A stretch of 64,000 nucleotides of DNA from the human T2T-CHM13v2.0 reference genome, Homo sapiens: assembly GCF_009914755.1 (NCBI RefSeq), contig NC_060925.1; one strand, given 5' to 3'. Position 1 is the first letter of the stretch; each line of letters begins with the position of its first letter. The position numbers and the translations under genes were made by a program. The notes under the pieces are model-generated. The model worked only from the letters and a program-made list of their open reading frames with translations, was not told where the DNA came from and did no database searches. This document shows, piece by piece, positions 53,398-64,000 of this stretch.

Positions 53398-53554
53398 AGA
53401 AACTGTAGTCTTTTTGTAGATAATGCTAGCTTTGGTTGACATTATGTGGTATAAAATGGGTTTTAATCCCAACCTCACACCATGTTCAAAAATTTGTATG
53501 ATGCATAAGAGACCTAACTGTCTAAGGCAAAACAATGAACCTTTTAGATACATC

Positions 53555-54320
53555 TTAAATAACAAGATTCAGAAAATATGATTAAGTATAGAGTTTATTT
53601 GAGCCCAAAGCTTGAGGATGGACACCTGGGAGCATAGATTCAAGTTGCCCTGAATATACAGTCTCATTAGCAGCACTTACAAGTGAGTTTTTAAGGAAAA
53701 AGAAGAGGAAGTTCCTAAGTTCGTTACCAAGAATTTGCATTTAAATAACATGAGCTATTGATTGGCTATATATTGCTCTTTGTATAACAAATTCCAGGAA
53801 CATGAATATAATGTATGAGGCAGCTACTGAGAAACAAAATGCCTTTAAACAATTGCCCCAGACAGGGGTGCAGGGGCCATGACTGAAGTTCCATCCTCAG
53901 GTGTCTGTGGGCCTGATAAATTTTGCACACTTTACATATCTCAGAATGCTCTGAGCTATTTTCCCTTTCTCATTTTCCCCCTTTTCATCAACATCTTTTG
54001 ATGAAAGCCTTGTAGATACACTCAAAAGGCTTTGGCTTCTTTTATATTTAGGAGGTTAGCTCCACATCACTAGGAAGATTCATTTCCTAATGGCCCTATC
54101 CCACCTTGGGGGAAGAGGATGTGCCTCAGGGAGGAATTTTAACAGCACTAAGTGATGCCATTTGTTGAATCATCTCTAGTCTTCAAACTACCATGAATTT
54201 CACCATCTTCAAAGAAATGAAACAATGAAAGAGATACAGTAAAAATACAATATACATAGAATTACAATCAAAAAGAGAATTTGGATGTCAGAATAAAACA
54301 AACAAACAAACTTATTCTAT
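53555..54320 (-). mobile_element. ERV1 (MER4-group) 3' LTR plus adjacent internal sequence
   Basis: LTR start reverse complement tgagaaagggaaaatagctcagagc at ~53972, followed by the PPT complement ttttcccccttttc; tttatt polyA signal at ~53594. Confidence 0.7.
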
Positions 54321-54545
54321 TGGGCAGCCAACTCCACCCACCACACTGGCTAAAAAGAAAAAGGCAAAAAATAACCAAGTATCAGTATGGCACAACCAGA
54401 TCTCTCACATACTGACTTAATTAGAATAGTCCTTAGTAAAATGCAAATTAAAATAATATATTATTTTTACCCATGCACTTCTCAAAAACTACATTTGTAT
54501 AACCATTTTAAGAAACTCTCTCAGGATCTACAAAAACTGAGCATA

Positions 54546-55186
54546 AAGCTGATCTTCATCATTCACGAATTTCTTATTTGCAAATTGTCAACTCACTAAA
54601 ATTTCTTTGTAATTCCAAAACTCAATACTTTCACTTGCATTCATGGATATGCACAGAGCAGCAAAGAATTTGAGTCACCTGATATGCATCTTCCCAGCTT
54701 AGGTCAAACAAGGTGACTCTCTGCCTTTTTGTTTCAACTCTCATTTTGTAAACAAGTATCTTTTTTATGGTCTACTTGGTGTCATCGTTTTTTACTTTTG
54801 GGTGCTCCTGGTGAATGATTTTGGTGTTTAACATGCTCCCAAGCACAGTAGTGACGTGCTGTCTAGGGGTTTGAAGCATAAGAGAGCTGTGGTGTGTCTC
54901 CCAAAGAAAATATGTGTGTTAGAGAAGCTTTGTTCAGGTATGGATTACAGCACTGTTGGTGGTGGGTTCAATGTTAATGAATCAAGAGTATATATTAAAT
55001 AAGATGTCTTTAAATAGAAGCACACAAAACAGGGTTATGTATTGATCTGTTGATGAAAACGTTTTGAAAAGAGGCTCACAGGAACCTAACCCTGTAACTT
55101 CCCTAAGAGCAAATGCTCTGTGTTTGCTAATTCAGCGTTTGTGGTGACTTCGAGATGTAGACTCTGTGAATAGTGAGAATTGACTT
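54546..55186. mobile_element. MER82 TcMar-Tigger DNA transposon inside an L1ME 3' fragment
   Basis: gatcttcatcattcacgaatttcttatttgcaaatt...ggctcacaggaacctaaccctg...gaatagtgagaattgact (degenerate TIRs). Confidence 0.8.
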
Positions 55187-55813
55187 ATGTACCCTGCTTT
55201 GCAACAATTCCATGCCTAGTCACATACCTAAAATAGATAAGTACCTATATTCCCCCGGAAGAGAAAAACAGAAGACAGTAGCATTGTTTGCAATTACCTT
55301 AAACAGAAAATTTCCTCAGAGGCCCATCAGCAGTAAAATAATTTTGGTATATTCTCAGTAAGAATAAATAAACTTCAGCAACACAGAATATGGAAATGTC
55401 TTACAAACAATAGGTTTAGTGAAAGCAGCCAGGCACAAAAGAGTACATATTGCATGATTCCATTTATACAAAGTTAAAAATAAGGGTGAAATTAATTTGT
55501 GATGTTAGAAGTTAAGACAGTACTTACCTGTGGGTAGATGGGGGAGTGTTAGTGATGGAGGGAAGAATGAGGAGCTTCAAGATGCTACCAACATTCTGGT
55601 TTATGATTGAGTGCTGGTTACATGGAGTGTCAAATATTTTGAAATTATTTTATGAGTCAACGAACAATTGCAATGGACACTTTCCTCCCTCAAGACCAAA
55701 AGAATTATGAGGATTTAGCTAGTTTCACTGTTTCATGACCCTGTGTTATTATTTTCCACACTTCAACACTTTCAACATGGCTATCCATCTCCCACAGGAA
55801 AGGACTTTCTCAG

Positions 55814-56731
55814 TGTAGGGAGGGAAAAAGTAATTTTTTCCTTCCACCAATCTTAGGTTCATTGGCTGGGCCTCTGTAACAAAAGACAGATTAGCAAGAG
55901 AAAATCAAACAGAAGTTTATTAACACATATAATTCATATATACATGGGAGATACCCAGGGAATGAGTCATTCTCAAAGAAATGGCTTAACACTGTATTAA
56001 ATAACATCCTTGGCCAAGAATAAGACATTTTTAGAGAAGTGATGAGACCCAGGAATAGGACTTTGGGTGCCTAGGGGGTGGCAAAATGTGGAAGGCAAAT
56101 AGAGGGTAGATAAAGCCTGGTTAATAAAGCTTGTTAGGTAGAATCCTCTGGTGCTGCCTCCAGGTTGACGAGGGTCTGAAATGGTTTGGCTGTGTCCCCA
56201 CCAAAATCTCAACTTGAGTTGTATCTCCCAGGATTCCCACGGTTGTGGGAGGGACCCAGGGGGAGGTAATTGAATCATGGGGGCTGGTCTTTCCTGTGCT
56301 ATTCTCGTGATAGTGAATAAGTTTCACGAGATCTGATGGATTTATCAGGGGTTTCTGCTTTTGCTTCTTCCTCATTCTTTCTTTCTGCCACCATGTAAGA
56401 ATTGCCTTTAGCCCTCGGCCATGATTGTGAAATCTTCCCCAGCCATGTGGAACTGTAGAGTCCAATTAAACCTCTTTTTCTTCCCAGTCTTGGGTATGTC
56501 TTTATCAGCAGTGTGAAAATGGACTAATACAGGGTCTAAAGTATTCAGTGGTTGATCTTTGTTCATACTGATAGGGGGAAGTAGCAGACATCTTTATATA
56601 TTTATGTCCTGCTTTTAGGCAAATAGCGGGAGGGCAGAGAGTTTGTCTGCTTCTTCTCAATTGTCTTCAGCTCAGAAAAATGCTATGCCAAGGTGGAATA
56701 TTTTGCGAGTGGCGTATTCTGGTCACCTACG
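55814..56731 (-). mobile_element. MER34/MER39-like ERV1 LTR interrupted by THE1A
   Basis: tgtagggaggg...aacaaaagacagattagcaagagaaaa...ttcagctca...atgccaaggtggaatatttt. Confidence 0.7.
56177..56531 (+). mobile_element. THE1A solo LTR
   Basis: atctcaacttgagttgtatctcccag...tttatcaggggtttctgcttttgc...ggactaataca; perfect TSD gggtc. Confidence 0.93.
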
Positions 56732-58200
56732 CCAGGCTGGTCCATGCCTGGAACTGACTACTCAGGGTATTTGTTTTTTGTAGCTGAGGTGGCTCTTGAA
56801 AATGGTCCAATCTACATTGAAGATGTTAATGATAGCCATGACATCCTCCAGCAGAGGTAAATTTATCACCTGGAATCATGGGCTGGCAGAATGGGGCAGG
56901 TAAGATGCTTAATCTTTCATAAGCTCTAATAGCTCTCTCTGTATAATTTCTCATTGCTACTTTCCAGTAAATTTTGTCAGAAAATGCATTCAGCAGTCTC
57001 ATTATGGATACTTCTTTAGTGTGTGATAAATGATACACTAACAGGTACCCTTGGCTTCTTGATGAACTGAATATGGTTGAGGGGACTAAAAGATGGAAAT
57101 AATTAGGCCCACCCAAGGACCAGAGAATAAAAAGTCACAAGGTCTTTAGTCTTCCCCGATTAGCTCTAGAAACACCATGGAATGTTCATATGCATGAAGA
57201 CAAATGCCTTTGGCATGTTGACATAGGTGTCATGTTTCACAGTCACTCTCAGGACCTATTCATGAATCCAGACTGTCTTAGGGCAAGAACTTTTCCTGGT
57301 TTTCTCACCAGTGTATCTCCAAAGCCTTGAACAGAATCTGACACATGGCAGGTGCTTCATCAATTGCTTTTAACTCTACCCAAAGAAAGGAAAAAATATA
57401 TTGACCATTCCAACCTAAAAGGAATGTTAACATACTGTCAGAAACACAGATATGTAGAATCAAGAACTGGCAATAAGCCCAGTTGTCCAATTCAAACCTA
57501 CCTGTGGACAGACTCCAACATAAGAACTTGGATTTGATGAGTCACAAAAGCAAAAACATTTAATTCTTCTCAGGAAAGGATGCTCTCTGTTCATTCAAAA
57601 TCAGAATTAAGCATCTCACTTTTTGTTGTTGTTGTTGAACTTCACGTTTCTCTGTTTAGGCAGGCCCACAAACCCCTGCCAATTGATCTACAATTGAGTT
57701 TCATGTACTACCCAGAACAGATATATTGAAGATGCCCATCAAAACCTGGCAATTAAAAACAGAACTGCCAATGTGGATCAATATGCTCAGTCAATTAGCT
57801 TGTTTATTCAACTGCCTTTACTGAGAGCTCCTCAACATCAAAGACCATTGAAGTTAATAAAATACAAATACAATATATTGTATGTCAGGCTGTCAATTGC
57901 CACTTTGATGTGATAATCGTTTCTAGTAAGGAAATTATCCTTTACCTGGAGGAAGAAGGAGAAAGATAAACACTGGGAAGAACTTTTAAACAATAGAAAA
58001 AACACTGCACTAACTTAGATCTGTTCTACATCCTAGCTGTTGTCTGTTTGATTTCTCTATGCAAAACATGCTCTCAATTGGTTGTCCAGGTGTAAAAGGC
58101 TAAATAGTTCCACAGGCACTGGTCACACAAATTTGGCTGGGGAGAAACAACAGCCATTAAGCCAAAAACAAACCAAAATAATTATATCTTACAAAGATAA

Positions 58201-58568
58201 TGTGTTTAGTCTGTTCTCATGCTGCTAATAAAGACATACCTGAGACTAGGTAATTGATAAAGGAAAGAGGTTTAATTGACTCACAGGTCAGCATGGTTGG
58301 GGAGGCCTCACAATCATGGCAGGAGGTGAAAGAGGAGCAAAGTCATGTCTTACGTGGGTGGCATGCAAGACAGAGCATGTGCAGGGGAACTCCCCTTTAT
58401 AAAACCATCAGATCTCGTGAGACTTATTCACTATCATGAGAACAGCATGGAAAAGACCTGCCCCCCATGATTCAATTACCTCCCACTGGGTCTCTCCCAT
58501 GACACATGGGAATTATGGGAGCTACAATTCAAGATGAGATTTGGGTGGGGATACAGCCAAACCGTATA
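58201..58568 (-). mobile_element. THE1B solo LTR
   Basis: THE1B reverse-strand sequence; TSD gataa/gatga. Confidence 0.92.
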
Positions 58569-58582
58569 GATGATATCAAGCA

Positions 58583-59109
58583 TCAAAGGACAAAATTACA
58601 ACAAATTTAGTTTAAAGATCTCAACTGGCTTTATTGCAATTCTAGAATCAGGTAATATGTTATTCCATAAAATTGAATAAGTGTTCAGATGAGCTGAGCA
58701 GAGGGTGTTTGTTTTACAGACAGAAAGGGATGAAGAAAGCAGAAAGGAAGAACAAAAAGCAGATTGGTCATTTCAAAGTTACTTTCTCTGTAAAGCAGGG
58801 ACAGGGAGACAGAACAATAGAGAAATGACGGATCAGTTCACATCAAGTGACTTCAGGCTACCTTTTGTTATAAGAATTAAAACAAAGGGAATTTCATTTT
58901 CATGCTGATTGAAGATTGAAACTGGCTTGTTTGGAAATTGGCTGTCATCTCTTTTTCCCAATTTCTTGGAAGGTCAGACGACATTTTAGTTTCAGCTTGG
59001 CGACTTGGAACTTTAGCGTGGGTGACTCCATTTTGATTTAGTCAGATCTGTTGGGGCCTCATGCAGGAGCTTAGTCTAAAACATGGCCTTTTAAATGTTT
59101 TATTTAACA
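58583..59109 (-). mobile_element. ERV1 (MER4-group) solo LTR
   Basis: Ends gtgactccattttg...ctgttggggcct..tgcaggagcttagtc...tatttaaca (reverse complement starts TGTTAAATA). Confidence 0.7.
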
Positions 59110-59207
59110 CAAGTAAAACTTGGAAATAAGGCACAAAGAAGAGCAGCACACCTTTTCAATGTCATCTTGGAGTATTGCTTAGCACGTTCTCCCAATGACA
59201 TTTTATC

Positions 59208-59451
59208 ATGCTCTTCTGTCCAATAGTATAGCTACCAGACACATGTGGCTATTTAAAATCAAGTTTTAATTAATTAATTAATTAATTAATTAACAATTAA
59301 TTAAATTCATATAATTAAAATCCACTTTCCAAGTCACACTAGGCCACATTTCAAGTGACACATAAAGTTATTGAACAAGTAACTACCACATTACACAACA
59401 CAGACAAAGAACACTTCCAGCACCACAGAAAATTCTATTGAATAGTGCTGG
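59208..59451. mobile_element. MER33-like hAT DNA transposon with a (TTAA)n expansion
   Basis: ctgtccaatag...cacatgtggctatttaaa...gccacatttcaagtg...cagaaaattctattgaatagtgctg. Confidence 0.8.
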
Positions 59452-60445
59452 TTTCTAGGGGAATATTTGTGATTGACTTTGCTCACTTACAGGGAAGCTA
59501 CATCTTAACTTGTAGATTTCTGTTGTGTATCTCTAACCCCAAAGGTAATGGTTTTATTGTCCTATAGCACATTAACTGGTTTTGTTTTTAACTTTTTTGT
59601 TGGCCAGTAAAATTCCTGCTCATTCGGTGCTATTCAAGTCAGCTTTATCATCATCTTAATTTCCTCTATAATTAAAGAATCAAATAAAATCCTTAATATG
59701 TGTTTATTTTATTTTGGTATAAGGCTCATGTCTCAACTTTTTAAAAATTATACATGAACAGTAGGAATTCAAAGATCAATATCTTGATAGGTCAGGGTGG
59801 GCATAAATGCACAAGTGTATACATTATTTTTAAGGGAGGAGGGCTTCCAAATTTTTGGAGTCAAATGCTGGGAGTCAAATGCTGGGAGTCAGTGTATATA
59901 TTAAACATAAATGCCAAGAAAATGTTTCAGTCACACTTGCCTAAAGATGTGAGGGAAATGGAAATGTAAGCCTATGCCTTTCCCGTCAGGATCCCATTCA
60001 TGAAGTGATTCCAGTTCTCTCTGGCAATTCCAGAATTCATGGCCCATCAATATTCCTGAAGCAATTTGTGTCCTAATTTACAATGACAGGACATTAGCTA
60101 TGCACATTCAAAGCATACAGCCATGTCTCTCTATATACAAAGATGCCAATTAATTTTGAGCCTTCACTTCCAGGTACTGACAAAGATTCCCTGCTTAGGC
60201 AAAATGTAGTCAAGCTCCTGAACCTTCTCCTAGGCCCATCTGTGCACTTCCTTGGAAAACCCAGTTTTGGCAAAGAACTCTGCTAAATCAGTTTAGCCAA
60301 GAACCACCACCCTCATCCTGACCATCCTCGATACCTGATCAGACTCCTAATACTCCACCATCCCCAGGTTGTAGCTGATCACCCTGGCCTGCCTTCAGAG
60401 AGAATCCTGTTAGGTGGATTTAGCCAGAATCTGCCTCACCCCTGA

Positions 60446-60836
<391 letters not shown>

Positions 60837-63298
60837 TAGCCCACTCTCTCCCTGCACTGCAAGACTCCATCATAGTGGTCCCTACATCTATTGCAATGGT
60901 CCTGAATATAAAGTCTTCCTTATCAGGCTTTAACAAGTAGCACTGAATAATTTTTTCTTTACCAGTTATAGTGCCATAAGTAGGATAGAATCAGATTTAT
61001 TATTCCACACCTGGGGCTCTTACTCAGGACCCCAGGTTCAGGCCTTCAAGGCCTTTATCATCTTTCCTGGTTAACTGATGAGAGATCCATTGGTGAGTCT
61101 GACTCCTGAAACATTTTTCCAGACAAACATCTATTGAAGCTGGTGAGGACAGATTTTTCTTCTTAAGCCATGGGTGTAACTCTCTGATGCTGGATTAGAG
61201 TCCCAGGCTTCTTTTGAAAGGTGCCTCATGGGCTGGTGGTCCTCCTTCCTGGCTCTGTGGGGCCTCTTTATTCTCTCTACACTCCGCGTTCTCTCTACTG
61301 AATCCTGCTTTTCCCATGGGAACTTCTCCATCACTTGAATAATCAAATTTCTTTATCAGTTGTATCATCTACTTGAAACCCTGTTGGCTCTACACTCTGC
61401 TAACTCTGGACCCCTTCCCTCCCTGCTTCAGCCCCTCGGCCATTTGAATTTTAAGCCTCCTATCCTCACATTTCAGCACCTCAGGGGACTCAGAGTTCCC
61501 TTAAAAGCAAGCTGAAGGCTGAAAAGAGAGAAATAAAAAAAGAACTATTTGGAAACTTGAAAAATAAAAAATCTGAAAGACATTCACAAATACTGGTAAA
61601 AAGCTTCAGCCCTTACTCAGTAGGTAACCTCAACTTGTCTCATTTGCAAAAAAAACACAATTTGGATAACTATATAAAGTGGAGATAAACCAGTGAGTTT
61701 ATATTTTTCTGTTTTACTGTTTCATGGCTAAAATTTTTTAAATTAAAAGCTGTAAGATCTGGTTGGATCTATCTGTATGTGTATTTATTTGTGCACGTAT
61801 GTATGTTTGTTTGTATGTTATGCATACATATTTTTTTTATCTCTGATGGTATTACCAAACTCACTTTCAGAAAAACAGAAATCAGCCCAACTGTTTTTTA
61901 AGTTAATGTGATCAGGGATAATCTCTGATAAATAAAAGCCAGTTTAAAAATCGTTGGTAAGATAAAAATACAAATGTCTTGAGAATTGTCAGCATACTGG
62001 GTTTGTTTGTTTGTTTGTTTGTTTGTTTTTGTTTGTTTGTTTTGGCCAGGCCTTGCTGGTCACATAGGTTTGTGTTGCCTGTGATAGATGTTTGAGGCCA
62101 TAAAACCGTCAATCGCACCTGAGAGCAGACTGCACAATAAAAGTGAATTGCATAATTGCCTGAAACACGTCAGTTGTAAAAGTTGAAAAAAAGAGAGAGT
62201 CTGTGAAAATGTTGTGAAAATCTTGTGTCATCAAAGCTGATTGAGATTGCATAAATGTATTTATACTATTTTAATAAAAATTAGTTTTAATAGTGGATTG
62301 ATACAAAAGTAGAATCTGGTCTTCTCTGTTAAAATGACAAAGTTTTCTTGAAGTATGTGGGTGAGAATATCCAGGTTTTTTTTTTTTTTCTTTTAAGTAA
62401 TTGGCCTAGGAAGCAAAGATTTTGTGTTTTATCAAGAAAATTTCTTGAATTTGATGTATTTTATTAGGTCTTCAATTATGTAAGAAAACTGAGTCTTCTC
62501 AAAACTAAAACAGCTCATGGTTTAAATCACAACTGTGTAACTTTCTGTATTTGCTTTTGGAATCTTTTATTGTCACTTTGATTAAATATATAACCAAAAT
62601 AAATTCAATTGTTTAAACCCTTTTGAGCTTTTGATACATTTCCAAAATAAAATTTTATATTGCGTCTTTTTGACCTTTAACTTCGAGATTTCCAGGTGAG
62701 TCCCTGGAGAGCTCGAAGAATGCGACTCTTAACTTCCAAATAAAGGTATTAAACTAATAAGGTTAATTTGATTTCTAAATTCTATGGGAATCATTGTTAA
62801 ATAAGAAATTGTGTAATCCTTCATTGACTTAAAATTTTATGGATATGTTGTAAATACATGTCCCAGAAATTATATACAATTGTTAAACATTTTATATTCT
62901 AGAACTCTGATATGTTATTGGTCAAAATCTTGATATTATATTAAAATGTTGTTTGCCACAGAAATAATCAAATTTCCTGATCAGTTGCATGATTATTATA
63001 CGAGCTCTCATCAGACTTTAAACTATGGTAGTTTTAAGTTTCTGTCATTCATAGACAGATATTATTTTACTTTACTTTTTCTCTAGAAGTGTTTGCAGTT
63101 AGCAATAGTTCAAAATTGCTTTCTCATTGAGGAGATTCATTAAAAAAGACTTTTGCAAGTACTCTGGATTACAGATTTCTAACAACTTTAAGATAATACT
63201 TTTGGACTGGATAAAGAATTTTCAGAACTCTAATTAAACTGACGACTTCATGAAACTGCTATCCTAAGATCAAGCAGAATAAGAATTAATCACATGAG

Positions 63299-63599
<301 letters not shown>

Positions 63600-64000
63600 T
63601 TAATCATGTGAGACTGAATGAACTCATAAGGGTAATTTTTAAATGATTTTTTTATTTAAATATTGCCAACTTTTAAAATGTTTTGTTTTCTAGATTTTAG
63701 GAAACATTTTTAAGCTATCTCTAGTTTACAGCAACTTGGTAATGTTTACTTTTGTGAACAAAAATTGAAGCACATTTTCCCTGGTGATCCCTCCAGACTT
63801 TGAAAACTATTCGTAAATATTTTTATTTTTATAATAATATAGTTGTGCAAATAACTACAAATTCAGTAAGAATCAGTTGTCCTTATAACAGGACATAATT
63901 GGAAACACTTGCTGTATTACCAAGGCTATGACTAGAATATCATATTTTCAGATATTATCAGATAGATTTTAAAAACTGAGATTGGCTTTATAGAGCCAAT

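Noticed and set aside
59266-59304. (TTAA)n self-complementary tract as a functional cruciform
   Set aside because: Simple expansion of the AT-rich core of the MER33 element.

Overview
Primate (human-like) genomic DNA, mostly transposon-derived. The first ~1.8 kb looks like the 3' end of a + strand gene that I cannot name: a donor at 19/20, a probable small exon at 258/268-324, and a terminal exon from 765 with a 3' UTR and AATAAA at 1742. The main feature is an 8.3-kb HERV-H provirus (34564-42868, + strand) with two LTR7-type LTRs, a tRNA-His PBS, a PPT and a 5-bp TSD. It appears to be a mosaic: the gag-pro-RT half is deleted and carries many stops, while the RNaseH-integrase-env half is full-length (intact HHCC/DDE frame; env spans 585 codons but is disrupted). 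The rest is Alu, MIR, L2, old L1 (including a near full-length nested L1MB), many MaLR/ERV solo LTRs, DNA transposons and a second MER4-group ERV at the right end. Other structural oddities: a 5'-inverted Alu, a 14 x 34-bp minisatellite grown from an LTR, a two-donor templated insertion, and an Alu rearranged by template switching. No CRISPR, rRNA or tRNA genes were found. Repeat subfamily names are from memory of consensus sequences, and the boundaries of old repeats are approximate.
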